Shown here piece by piece: positions 40,109 through 54,300 of a stretch of DNA of 64,000 bases. The number at the start of each line of letters is the position of its first letter. Position 1 is the stretch's first letter. Made by a program: the position numbers and the translations under genes. Source of the DNA: Antedon mediterranea (taxonomy: Eukaryota; Animalia; Echinodermata); assembly GCF_964355755.1 (NCBI RefSeq), contig NC_092675.1, positions 25,020,912 through 25,084,911 of the forward strand. The letters are read 5' to 3'. The notes beneath the pieces were generated by a model. It saw only the letters and a program-made list of their open reading frames with translations, ran no database searches and was not told the DNA's origin.

Positions 40109-41570
40109 CCACAGTCACTTCAAATTACTAGTACCCTATTGAGACATGCGTGTAATATCGCCTAGAATTCTAAGAAACCCAAATTGTAATCCACCAAGAG
40201 AATATCATTATTATCATTTGGACAAAATATAATATAATTATTCATACTGACCATACTAAATTATTTTAATCTGAATATGACACAGTTGTTTAAAATGAAA
40301 CTTAACAGATCGCTTGAAGGGACAATAAACGACATTGTTAAACCAGGTAAAAACTTGATAATAATTCAATTGAATTAAGTAATTCAATGAAAGATACTTG
40401 ATTGTATGTTTGGAAATGATGTAAACATACGCCATATTTTCCCTAATTTGAAACTGCACTGAATAATACTTGTTCCAAAGGGCATTATAATGTTACAAAG
40501 GCCCATTTACACTAGGACGATAACGATCGACGATAAATATATAAGAATGCATTTTTTGTTTACATAAAACAAGAAAATTAGAAAGGGTTTCGTTCTAGAA
40601 CTATAGGATAATCATTTATGTTGTCTTTGATAAAAATAATATTTTTAAAATTCCAATCAAATGACGTCATGATAAAAAAAAACAATAAAATTGCTATTAT
40701 TGCTCTTACTAATCATGACGTCATAGAGGATTATTCTATAGTTCTTTACGGGGACGACAACTTAGTAATAATAAGTAAGCACAAAGACAGATAATACTAT
40801 TGTAAAAAAAATAATAATGTTTATTAGTAATAATTATATTATTCTACAATATTGATGGATAGTTCCCAGTCATAATATCATAATATGCACTAATTCTGTT
40901 TCTATTAAAAACGTAGACTCACGTATTTGGTTAATGCCTAATTTTCCTGAGTTTAATCTGCATAACTTAATTATTGAATAGCGAGATCGTTATCATAACT
41001 TAACTAATTTGTCAATAATTAGTTGGAAAAGTTGAAAGATAGTAGTGCATCAAAGTAAATGACTGTAAAATAAGTTTAGAGTGATTAATATAAGTGGCAA
41101 GGAACATATTACTGTATGTTTAAATGTTATTATGCAAAAGAAAAGCTGATCTCTGTTAATGTTGTTATTTATTTTATTCTATGGGTCGATGGCCTTTGAA
41201 ATGAAATTGGATGCTGTCCCAAGTGAAAAAATCACTACACATCTACTAATACATCTGAAAATATATTACTGAGAAATTACAGTGATTTTTTATCGAAGAC
41301 ATTTTCCACTTAATATCACACATGTCTATAGGGTAAACTATTAAAGCAGCATTATGTTTAATCAGAATGGGGTGTCCCTGACTTTTTACACAATTAGGCA
41401 CTGGAACTAAACAAAATACCCTGATATTACAAGTATGTAACTGCTGAGTAGGCGAGGCTTCCGATACTTGTGGCTTGGTGGCATCAATTGGCACCGAATT
41501 ATTAAGATATTTTTATTTATCATTTTACGGTCTTCATTCAATATTGTTGTTAGAGTATTCGAGGTTGGTG

Positions 41571-41760
41571 ATGGTACGAAACGTCTCAGCAGAAATGATC
41601 TGATGTATGATGTATGTATGATGGTACGAAACGTCTCAGCAGAAATGATCTGATGTATGATGTATGTATGATGGTACGAAACGTCTCAGCAGAAATGATC
41701 TGATGTATGATGTATGTATGATGGTACGAAACGTCTCAGCAGAAATGATCTGATGTATGA
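41571..41760 (+). repeat. 50-bp minisatellite, 3.8 perfect copies
   Basis: Unit ATGGTACGAAACGTCTCAGCAGAAATGATCTGATGTATGATGTATGTATG starting at 41571, 41621, 41671 and 41721. Confidence 0.95.
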
Positions 41761-43025
41761 ATACTGAGAATATCTCACTTAGCTCTAACAAAAACATATT
41801 ATCATTACTTGCTATAAAGTATTTATGAATTTATATTGTAATTTTTAAAAATCACATTATTTTTCTTGTAAAACCAATTGAAAAGCTCAGAGGAAGCGTA
41901 TAAGGTTTGTAGGCGTTTCTTGTTATGATGACAAGTTAATTCAATTAAGTGTTGTTGAAAGAATTAGTTTGTTATTCAGTCTTTCAGAGTTATTCGCGCG
42001 TATAGAAAACGTTGTCTAGTGCGCATGCGTATGGTTATTTTCGCCTAGAGCAGAAAATAAGCTTTTGGATTAAACGCGATGCATACTAATATAGCACTAA
42101 CTGGAATTCATCATCAAAACCATTTCAGTGAACAATAACTTCTTTTTTTTTCAGATTTTGAGAAAAAAAAAGTTACATAATATACGTTGCCTGGTGGCGC
42201 TGTCCAGAAAACAAGATTGTTATTTTACTTTTTGGAATGGGCTGTCTCCATTATGGACAACAGCGCCCTCAATTATTAGTATCAACAAATTCGGCCCATG
42301 GACACATTTTCACCCATTCCGATCAGGATTACTAAAAATACAAACATTTGAAAAATTCTGTTCACAAAGTATCAAGGATATTATGCTCAGAGTCATATGT
42401 TATTTGATGACAATACGAATTACAACTGGATACTTAGTCTTAGTTGCCGCTAAAAACTATAGAGAACTATATATCATAAAACATCTTTAAACGGCATGAA
42501 ACAGAACAATGCAAGAATACAGAATAATCCTACTCCCAACGTGAATAAAATCATTGTTAAGAGGGGGATTTAGTAAATTCAATATAATGCGCTCTTTTTC
42601 TTTTTGCATAAGGGCCAATTCCAGGTATCCGGAAAACTGGTCGACAAAGAATAATACTGACAAAGACTGCAATTTAGGTACACAGAAGCGGTCTGTTAAA
42701 TATGATTTAAGAGACGTTTCTAAGAGATCAATTATATGTTAATAAGTTAATTTCCGTCGTACCGGTACTGTGACCAATTATTATAGAATACAATGAGTAG
42801 ACAAAATTATACAACAATTGAAAGCATTATGTTGTTACGGTCTATTTTTAAACTACTGATTTTATTATAGTACAAACAACGATTCATAACAATAATAACG
42901 TGCATAGGTTACACGCAGATATACTTTAGGGCGGGAGAAGGAAATACTTGGTTTCATGCAATGATAGGCCTACTTTTTTCTTGTTCTAGGTAGCTAATAG
43001 TGTACGGTATATACAGTAATAAATC

Positions 43026-43095
43026 GCTTATTGAGGAAACACGCTACCGCTTATTGAGGAAACACGCTACCTCTTATTAAGGAAACACGCTACCT
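43026..43095 (+). repeat. 23-bp tandem repeat, 3 copies
   Basis: GCTTATTGAGGAAACACGCTACC three times; the third copy has two changes. Confidence 0.9.
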
Positions 43096-43574
43096 GCTTC
43101 ATATTTTGGTAATCAACAACAAATCAACGTCAACAATTTGTTGATAAAGAGTTCAGCAAGTATACAATGCAGAACCCTTTTTTTGGACACCACTATAATA
43201 GGAATCTTTGTTGAAGATATCCGCTTAATAGGTTTTTACAGAATACATTATACAAGTTACAATTGACATACATGCAGAGTACCGACAACAATACTAGAAG
43301 AGTCAAATTCTTAAAAATTCATTTCAAAATAAAAGATGAAAAGCGATAATATTTTTTTTTAATTCACAAAAACAATTTATTATTGAATGGTGATAATTAC
43401 ATGTTCACTTGTCCGTGTAACCTTACTACGTCTCACCTAATTTCATCAATTATATGGTTTGTGACCAAGCACAGAGCATTTGCATAATAAATGTATGTAG
43501 GATACCATCTGTTTCATGAAATATGTATACTTTTAAAGCTACGACATGTATATAGTGAAATACATAACATTGTT

Positions 43575-43646
43575 TTTACAAGCGCCTTGAGCACTTTTGT
43601 GGATATGTGTGCTGTATAAATCTTATTATTATATTTATTATTATTA
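43575..43646 (+). mobile_element. L2-type LINE/SINE 3' end remnant
   Basis: AAGCGCCTTGAGCAC...GTGCTGTATAAATC followed by (TTA)n, the typical L2-group terminal stem-loop and tail. Confidence 0.5.
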
Positions 43647-44198
43647 AATAAATGTTTAAATATTCAATAGTAAACTTTAACTAGGCCATATTCACCAATT
43701 TAATGTAAGTGTAAGTAAAAGTGTTGTTATAAAATGGTGTGCTTAATGTACATCCAATATGTGTATATCAATATTTAAACTATAATTCTTTCTGTGCATA
43801 GTACATATAAAATAATAATTTATCATTTTAATTAATTGATAAAACTGTTTGCACATGTACTTTATTAAAACATCTTTTACAAACATATACAGCCACCATT
43901 AAACAATATTGCATTATGGCAAGAAGAGCAGTAAATAATGTTTGTGCATAGTACTTATAACAATATAAAATATTGAATTTAAAATTTAATTAATAACAAT
44001 TTTAAATACGACTGTTCGCAAATGGTAATCTGTTTAAAAATTCAGTCAACTTTTAACAATGCAATGACAAAAGCCACAATAAAATACAGTAATGCGTCGA
44101 TCAAGTAGAATAACAAAGAGAAAGAAGAAATGCTATAGTGTATATAATTAGGTCATTTCTTTCAACTATAAGATCAAAGGTCAAGACAAGGTCACCTT

Positions 44199-44976
44199 TT
44201 AAACAGATTTAATCCTCTTTTTAATGTAAGCTTGATAATAGAAATTGGAAAACAGGGAAATCATAACAACTGCATAGATTAAACTGTATATACAGAAGTT
44301 ATGGAAAGCGTAACCGTACATTGCATGTATGCCACCGAGTAAAAACTGTAGAATCTGAAGCTGCGTTAAATAACGCTTCCATGCAGGAGGATTGCTTGGA
44401 TTAAGGGCAGTATATGCATAGTAAGAGTACAAACACACATGAATAAATGAGTTTATAGTTGGGATAAATGCAATCCCAACGTATGGGAAAAGGTGGTACG
44501 CATAATCTGTTAGTAAAACCATTGATGCGTGATGATAGACATGTAGGAAGGAGATTTGGCGATGTTTATGCCGTAGTATCATAAACACAGTATCCATCAG
44601 TTCAAAGTTCTTCATCATCCAGTAGAGAAGATATGCCTGCTTGAGGAGTTCTGATGTTTCCATTAGATACAAAGACTGCATTTGGTATATAGCAATAATA
44701 AATACCACACCAGTGATGCTACTAGCCACACTACAACATACATTGTAGCAAATCATTAACTGAAACAAAATGAAAAAATGTTAATTCAAATTTATCTCTA
44801 TATATAATATAATAAATAAGCTTAAAAAATAAATTGTTAAAATGTACCTTTTGTGGTGAAATAGGTTTGGTGACTTTCTGATAATATGGTGACAAAATCA
44901 CTATAATGAGGTAGATAATCATAACTGGAAACGATTGAAGGCCAACGAAAGTTTTGCATATGCTTGAAAAATCCAT
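44199..44976 (-). CDS. ELOVL: Very-long-chain fatty acid elongase (ELO/GNS1/SUR4 family), ~229 aa, two coding exons
   Basis: Exons 44976-44848 and 44759-44199 with a phase-0 GT-AG intron of 88 nt. Motifs: KNFELMDTVFMILR, QISFLHVYHH (HxxHH), NSFIHVCLYSYY, TQLQILQF, LFSNFY; basic C-terminus KKRIKSV. Subfamily not assigned. Confidence 0.93.
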
Positions 44977-45452
44977 GATGTAGGCCTAGATACAGACTAT
45001 GAATGTCCCTTTAGTATTGATAAAAAATAAAGAGAGAAATACTGAAATAAGATAATAAATGAAAGATGAGAAAAATTAATTATTCAGTTCAGAGACACGC
45101 GAAAGAAAATACACAGAAAAATAAATCGATATTCATATTATCATAATCATATGTTCTGTACTAAATGATGCATAGATTATTAATTTGTTTTTATCAACAA
45201 CACAAAACTGGTGAGACATTGTAATACTGTAGTAATAACACATACTTTAAAATAATAACAATAATCGTTAAAGACACGGAACATCCGTTTACTACTCTTA
45301 GATACACAATACGACTATGATTGCTTCCTGGTCGAAGCAACCAATGCCCCTGTAGCCATGTGCTATGCCTAGCTAAGTTAGGCCTAGCCCCGGGCCTAGC
45401 ACACTATATTTCTTTATTGTTTGCTTTGTTACACCTATCCTTAACTACTTAC

Positions 45453-46596
45453 CTTTATTAATACAGCTTCGGATGATTTACAGCTAAATTAATATTGAAA
45501 ACAGTCTGTCAACTGATTCTTGCAAATAATATCATAATTGTCTCGCTCGGATCGGACGACACAGTCCTTCGTTCTTTCCAAAAAAAGAGGGCGTAAACAT
45601 ATTTTCCAGTTTGAGATTAAATATTATCTTATTTATATACATTAACTTCTGAATTAAATATTTTACATCACATACGAGTGGTAGGCCTACATAATACATT
45701 TTTTTTCTTCTGTGGTTAAGAACCACCTTTATTCATTCAATGTTTCATAAACAACAATTACATAATCTCTAAGCATTTTCTACATTTTTCGTTATTTTCT
45801 TATTTTTATCCTCTTTAATATTAATAATAATTTTAATATTTTGGCCTATACGTAGTACCCAATGTTGTCTTAATGTATATATTTGTTTTGTTTACTACAC
45901 TTTAAAAAAATATATGTTTACACTATTTTCTGTTATCTATTACAAAATATATTGCATATTTAATAAAAAAGTTATTTACTTATAAAACGAAACGAAGACG
46001 TAAAATAAAGGACATGGGTATTATCTTTAAATTGTTATCTAGTTTCTTTTCCCATAATTCTTTCAGCAATCGGTTTGTTTGCTTGTACAAATTCATTGTT
46101 TTCATTTCGATGTTACACTCTTCTCTGATGCTACCACCCCATGGGTGGGCGGGGAACCACATATTCAATAAACGGGTACGGTAGTAACAAGTATAAATAT
46201 AAACAGATGCGCAAAAAACAAGGACATTATTATTTCGAATATATAATCTATGGAGGTAATTGTACAATTTGCCCAATTTTTTTAATGAAAATTGTTAATT
46301 TGTTTTAATCATTTGTATCATAATTATTATAAACGAATCGTAACATGATATTGAATGATTAACTAACTCTATGATTTTCCTCTTGTTATTATCGGTGAAG
46401 GGTGAGAAAAGAAGAATTCAAAAGTGAAAATATTGATCTTGAAGTGCCTTTGTTACCTCTTCAAACCACCGGAAGGATGTTATAGTAGCGTGTTTAACAT
46501 ACAACTACAAGTTGATTAAACTTGTTTAATCATTGTCTTCCGTGTTGCTTGTAACAGGAACAGCTTATTGTACAGGTGGTGTTCAACAATCCATTG
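45453..46596. promoter_or_regulatory. Putative divergent promoter region between the 5'UTR exons of ELOVL (minus) and the cadherin (plus)
   Basis: A minus-strand donor (AAG|GTAAGT) at 45452 could splice to the acceptor at 44986-44987 just before the ELOVL ATG. A plus-strand donor (TTG|GTAAGT) at 46597 could splice to the acceptor ending at 48270 before the cadherin ATG. Both UTR exons are inferred. Confidence 0.45.
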
Positions 46597-48307
46597 GTAA
46601 GTATAGGGCCTAAATCATTGTATTGTTTTGTTAGAATAAAACTTTGCTACTAGGCCTACCCTTCCTTGTATAATTGATAAACTATTGTTTGAATTATCCT
46701 TGACTCTTTCCAGAGTTGAAGACATAACGATTGAGTATTAAGACGTAGTTTTGTTTTTCATTGTTTATTTCATACGGTAACGTTAAATTAAAAACGTCCA
46801 CACTCGTCGTTAAAGTCGTTAAATTCTTTATACGATATTCCATTCATTAAACAACATGACTGTCTTTCGTCCCGTTTCACGGATCAGTTAGGCCTAACTT
46901 TATAGCCAATGATATGCACACGTTCTTAAATAATTACATCTACAATATTTACCAATATCGGTACCGATAGTTATTATTGATTATTATAGGATTCAGTTAG
47001 TAATTGGAAGCCTAATTTTCGGCATTATCATAGGTTAATTAAGAGTGCAATATCACAAGGCAAGGAAAAACTTGAATTTCATTCTTCCCGGAAATAAAAA
47101 TCGTTATAGTAATTATTATTTATGCTCCTTGAAAAGAGATATACTTGTAAAGTCAACATTCATTTATAGTTTGATACAAAATTAATGAATATAATTACTA
47201 TTATTTATATATATATTTATATGCTCACCACTGTAAAAATATAACTGAGTAACCAATACAGTATAATATGATTAGATACACAATATAACTGAATAATATA
47301 AGCGTTTAAAGTTAATATTGATATTTTCTTTAAATTTATGTTGGTATTTTGCTGCCATAGAAGGAAGAAACAAAGTTAGAATAAAATGAACAAATATTAT
47401 ACTTTTAGAATTCCAATGTAAAAGGCACATTGAAGCAAGAAATAAAATGCTGTGTTTATTTAAATGAAAGAAAATGGTATTGTGATGTTCAAACTATTAT
47501 ATTTTTAAAATATATATATATAAATATATACAAAATAATACATCATCAAATTACGAATAGCAATGTTATCAGTGTATTGTTTAATACATCGATGATACAC
47601 ATGTATTTTTTAAATTCTTATTTTCTTTTACTCTCTTTTTAAATACCTTTTCAGTGACCTCGTATCACTGTAGTATTATTTTATTACAGCTATCATAATT
47701 CGTAATTACGAGAAAACTAGGAAACCAATATAGCCTATCAATAAGTAATGGCGCTAGTATTAAATTGCTTCAAATGATAACCATGTATCTTGTGGTAATT
47801 TTTCAAACTAATTTTTCAAGCTAATGCACTTTATAGTTTTCCAGTTAAAGATGTTACGTTTAGATAATATATGGTAAATCATGGTCGAAATAATACAAGC
47901 TTGTTCCGCTGGTTAGACCTTGTATTTTAATCCCATCAAATTTGTCAAGTGAAGTGAAGCGTGCGATATGTTTTTTTTTTTAGAATTATTTTATCGGTAG
48001 GCATTTCGGTATTGTTTTGTACGCGTTCTATCACTACATTAGTGTAAGATTTAAACCAAAATCTTCCTTGGTTTTAAATGGTTTCGTTTCCACAATCTTA
48101 TATTTACTATTGCGTTTAGTGGTATATTCAGGCCTGAAATGAACCTAACCAACGTTCTATCTATTTACACTGCAATTTGTAAATTTATGGGGAACAATTC
48201 AGAGTGATGAATTTTTATTATAAATCGTTAATGTTGGCCTATTGAATTTTGTATTGATTGTTAATTGCAGATTTGTTTCAGCAGCAACTGTACACACTAC
48301 AAATACA

Positions 48308-51300
48308 ATGCATTATTGGATTTTATATTTTGTGTTTCTTTTGTTATTCCACGAACTCCTGTTAAAATGTAATTGTGAAATAATTTGGAGCACCGACTTT
48401 GACAATGGGTGTAATTCTAGGTTCCAACCTGAACTCTCATCAACAATTAATGTTTCCCAATCAGTCACTGAAGGCATGCCAGTAGGATCGATTATATACA
48501 ACGTTTCGTCTTTAAACTTGTATGAATTGGAAGTTTCGTTTTTAAAAGGAAGTTCTCACAACAAGTTTTCTGTAACAGAAACCGGAGCAATTGTTCTCGA
48601 AGAATTACTTGATTTTGAAACGAATCAAAGAGAATATGTGGAGGTTATACTTTTCAAAAATGAACAAGGTGAGTTGTCAGTACCATAGCAGATGTGTTAA
48701 AAACTTGTGAAGTCTGTTTAAAACCGAGACCAACTCATTTCTTTTACAAGTTTTATTTCGGAAACCAAGATAGATATAGGCAGATCCAAAAGCCCCACTA
48801 AATGCTGAAAACTATATTTAAAAGAATAGACATAAGGTTAAATTCCAGTGCTTAATTTTACCATTTGAAGGACTTATGCCATGATAGAAAACACAAACAG
48901 ACATACAGTAATTTTCGTTAATAAGACAACCATTTCTTAACAGGTGAAATTATCAACGTTCACCTTGAGATAAATGTATTGGATGTTGATGAACCGCCGT
49001 CTTGGACTATGTCTTTCCAACCGTACAAAGCCCAAATATCTTCAAGTTCTGATTCTAATGACGTTGTGTACCAACTATCGGCAGTTGACCCGGAATACCA
49101 AGAAGATCCTGTGGTGTATGGATTATTTTCAGGTAATTTAGATTTCCAACAACAAGATCATTGTATGTATTGTATTGTACTGATTTCCGGATTATTTCGG
49201 TTTATTTCCCAATCCACTCCTGTTCCGTATCTTAATTTATGCTATTGGTAGTTTAAAATCAAGTACAGTAATTGAATGAAATACATAGAACTCCAGCCCC
49301 GACCAGATCACAAGCTGTCGTTTTCAAAGTAAATTAAGTGGCCAGGCGTGATCACGTTCGTTATTAGACCTACTACTGGTTTGCGTCGGGTAATCAAGTA
49401 AAATCTCTTTCCACGTGGGGTAATTTAAAAAACAAGACTTAATAAGTAATATCAATAAAACACATATCATTTACAGTACAGGTATTTCACAAATATTTGA
49501 GCTTTTCTTCACAAAATGACAAATTCAGCATTCATATCCATTTAAACAAGCGTTAAAAATCATTTAGAATAATGTAATACTGTATTTAAAAAAATAGAAT
49601 CTTCATGTACACGCTTAATGAACATTTACGAAATATAACTCTGTTTCAAGGTCAAGCAAAGTTCTGAACTCAAACACGCCAGTTCCTTAACAGTATTATA
49701 TTATGTTATACCATCTTTTTTGATAAGCAATAAAGTTAAATGTTTGCAGCAATGTGGAAATTTAATTATCCAGGAAGCAGATGTAAATTGCATGTCGTTG
49801 TCCCGTTTGCCTTTGTTCCGAATTGTTTAGCAGTTGTTTAGGAGTATGTATTATAGAATTTCATATTTTAAATACGAATAATTATAGAGAGATCTAGCTT
49901 ATTCTTGGATGTTATATCTATGGACTATCCATACATTTATGTGTAGGTGTGCCTGTTTATATGATTATAATGACGTCCTCGTCAGTAACCCCACGCAAAC
50001 CCCTTAGGCATTTATGTTTGTTAACACATTTTCAGAAATAAATAATGAAACAACGATATGGTTGTAAATGCATTGACATTATGAATATCAATTAAGTGTC
50101 ACAGGGGTCTTCTTTCATAGGAAGGGTCTTCCTCTTTAAGAACTTATATATCAGTCTCTTTGCAATTGGTTTATCAAAGAGCTGGTTAAACTAAAGAAAA
50201 TGGTGACATTAATTTCAGTATTATAGCGAAGGATCCATGATTTTATGCCTAGGCTATTTCGGTGTAGCTGGAGCTAGTTGCTCTTTTTCTAGGCTTTGTA
50301 TAACCAGCATTATGGCATATATCACACCCTTGGCCATAGCTTACTTAAGCGTTATTATCCCTATTATTAACCTGTTATTTTTATCAAAAAGTATCGTATA
50401 CCCATACAGTTTTTGTAATAATTATGATGCGTCAATTGAATTTCTTACATTTTTTTTAATTCTCAGATCCATACAACCTATTTAAAGTAAATTCTGAAAC
50501 TGGGGAAATCAAATTAAAGTATAAGCCTTCGTCAAAGGTTTTTTTTGATAAGGTACTAAGGATTACGGTGACGGTGACAGAAAAAGGAAGCACGCAGAAT
50601 CGCAATGCCGCTGATATATTTATCTACACTTCACCACAACCACCTCAGTTTACACAAGAAAGATATGTTGCTTCTATTGATGAAAATAACGTGCAACATG
50701 CAATGTAAGCGAATTATTTCTTTGCAAAATTATGTTATATTGATATAATTTACATCTAAACAAACTTTAAACTATAAATATCGTATAGTGTAATGATACA
50801 CCTATACAGTACCTAATCCCATTTATACGTAGGTTTTGTCGTGAGACTCGATACTACATTATGTTTATTGTCGCTAGACATAATACCGTATGTGTCAAGA
50901 ATGATATAATTTTACAGTAGGTAATTCTAACACAGTAATTGTTCTACGTATTAAGGCTTACTGAAGTTAAAGCTAGATCGTTTCAGCCATCAGACGGTAA
51001 CATCTTCTATTCAATGACAAGACAACCAGATGACGTCAAGCATTCAATTCATCCGAATGGGACAGTTACAGTTATATCTCAACTAGATCGTGAATATCGT
51101 ACTGGTTACACTTTACTTGTAAAAGCTACAGATTCAATTGGACAATTTACAATAGCGGAGGTATTATTATTATTCTTCTTAATTTAGGCATATAAGTTTG
51201 AAATATGTAATTGTAGGCTATGAGCTACTATGCACTTAGAAACGCTCTTAATTTATCACCTTTTCATGATCATTGTATTTATCAGATAAAGCCGAAATTT

Positions 51301-54300
51301 AAATTAGTAGGAACTATTTAATCCTTTTTGTTTGTATTACATTGCTGTTTATTATTACATTTTTAGATCCTGGTTTTAATCAATGATGTTAACGACAATG
51401 CTCCACAATTTTCCCAGGACGTGTACACATTTATTGATATCCGAGAAGACCACGATATAACGAGGCCTGTCGGCAGAGGTAATTGAATTCTGATAAAACT
51501 GATAACTTTAAAAGTAGATGCAAATGTTTGTCTTTTTTAATTAGATCGCGGTAAACATTTACACATCTATCTAGGCAGCATTTGAGTCATCATACAACTT
51601 TTTTCTATTTTTATTTGTTAATTTCCTAGTTTGCATTATGTATTGTAATTATAATTTGTTATAGTAGCAATTGCTGTGATTATCAAAAACAATGCGTATG
51701 GAACAAGTTACCATACGCATTTATATTTCATCAGCTCAATAACGCCCTACTTAAAATTATATGTTTAAAAACTTAACATACTTTATACTAAATCCACTAA
51801 GTTTTAACAAATAACACCATCTCTTAGTTCAAGTTTCAGATCCAGACGCTGATTCAAACGGAATATACTACATCTCAAGCAATACATCTATGTTTCGTGT
51901 GCATCAACAGTATGGTGATTTATACCCACTGGAAAGTCTGGATTATGAAACTAATCATGAACATCGGTTTCGGGTCAAAGCGACTGACCTTCGCGGGCGT
52001 TTTACCTGCGCTTACGTCATTATTACTGTGAAAAATATACCCGATGAAAAACCTACATTTTCTGAACCATTTTATAAGTTCGAAGTTGACAGAAACGCAT
52101 ATCCTGGTTATAACATCGGACAAGTATTTGCTTACGATCCCAACGGTAAACAGATAGGATACAGCCTAAAACCTGAAGATGCTTCCAGATATTTCGACAT
52201 AGAAGGAAATTCAGGTACCATCTTATTCATTAACATACATTTATTATATTTGGCCAAAACATAATAATTCATTATCATGTAGGGCGCCCTCTAAATCGTC
52301 ACACAATAATGTTTCCAATCCATTTTCAGTTTATCGTCACAATGCAGTCTGTTTTTAAAGGATAATAATACAATAGAACTTGACAGTACAACGAAAAACA
52401 TCCTAATTGTTAATGCAATTTACATTGTTGTATAGTGTACACAATTTTAGGTTGCCTCGATATATTCCCACATACTGCCTATTTTCTGGAAATAGGATGA
52501 CGAATTATTGTTTTATATGTCCAATAACGATTACTAAATTACTAAATTTTTCCAACAAAAGCTTGTAATGTTTCTCTTTCATTTATTTAAAATGTATTAG
52601 ATTGATAAAAATTAAAACATCATTTTTTTTTTTATCATTAGGCATCTTGAGACTTGGAAAACTAGACAACGATACGGCGGAAAGTCTGGATCCATCGTAC
52701 AGGTTGACGGTAAAAGCACGTCGCGCAGACAGTGAACGCGGAGGTCTACAGTCTGCATTCATTGAAGACGTGTTCGTCATTGTTGACATGAAAGATCTAA
52801 ACAAGCACGTTCCTGAATTTCCTGATTGCACTAGTTATTCGCCTATAAAGATTCAGGAAGCGAAACAGAAGGGTATATTTGTGATAAATGTTAGTAATTG
52901 CTTTTTATTATTTTGTTCAATCATGTAACATTACCGCGAAACATCCAATTATTCTTTTCATTCATTATCAGTGACTAAACACAAATATTATATGTACAAT
53001 GAACAAAACTATGAACAATCTAAAAAATCTATCCGCTAATAATAATACTGAGACTAACACTAACTCTTTAGAGTTTTGATCACATTTTTTTTACCAAATG
53101 CAATACAGCATATTACCCCCTGTTCGTTAGCCACAATCCATCATCCTACCAGTGTAACTTGAGGTACAATTTGAAAGTTAGTTAATAGTAAGTCCTAACA
53201 GTATAAACAGTGTCTTTATATCCATTCTTTGGTGTGATGTGTGGTCGGCTAAATGAAAATTGTTTCAGTCAATACATTACACTTACAATATCTAAATTTC
53301 CGTTTTATTTCGATCATTTGACTAAGTACTGAAGTTCTATGAGTTTAGAGAAATAACTCACGCAAAAAAAATGACTTACAAAACAACATTAACGCCACAG
53401 CTTCCTGTCTGACGACCCAGCATGGTCACAATTTCTGTCGTGAAAAACATACGTGAAAGCGTCTACCGGATTACCACTGAACTGGAATAATGACGCACTG
53501 TGAACGTAGCTTTAATCTATTTTCTGTTTTCGTTTTAATTTAAAATCTAAAAAACGAAAATGTTTGTGTTCACTAAAAAACATACAGCCCTAATACAACC
53601 TACTGAAACAACGTTTAATATGGTTTATTAGCTATGTATATTATCTTACACAGATCATTGCAGTTGATAGCGACAAAGGAAAAAATGGTGAAGTGAAGTT
53701 TTCATTAAACGATATTAGCAGTGAAGCATTTACTATAAAAACACTACCCGGTAACAAGGGAATTATCCGAACGCGTAAAAGCTTCGATCGTGAATTGCAA
53801 TCTAATTACAATGTAACTGTAATCGCAACAGACCAAGCGTCGGAATATCAATTGCGTAACACGTGTACTATACATGTTGACGTAATGGATATAAATGACA
53901 ACAGTCCTAAATTTGATTTTACAAAATATTCACGTAAGTTACAACGAATTGTGAACGGTTTTATAATTGTAAACTATGGGATTACAGTTTAGGGTGGTAC
54001 AATGTTTTTTTATACGTAAAAATATGTTTCCCCTTGGTCGCGCATTATCAATATGACTAAACTATGTTGTGCTTAAACTAAAAATAAGACTTAAGGCCAA
54101 CTCAGACAGCGTCGTACGACTACGGCCCGACGAACCATCTCGTCGTGAGAAAGTTAAACATGTTTAATATTCTCCCGACGACCTAAAAACTACGCTCGAC
54201 GCTATCTCAGGGATGCAACTCAGACAGCACCGACGAGTTAAGACGTTTCGTCGGACCTCGTCGTACGACACTGTCTTAGTTGGCCTTTAGGGGGTGGAAT

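Noticed and set aside
41571-41760. CRISPR-like appearance of the 50-bp array (also the 16-bp array at 62020)
   Set aside because: The units are identical head-to-tail with no unique spacers, there are no cas genes, and the context is eukaryotic.
42128-42490. 120-aa ORF and CTCF-like GGTGGCGCTG / CAGCGCCCTC motifs
   Set aside because: The ORF has no ATG start or homology; the motif matches are partial and may be repeat-derived.
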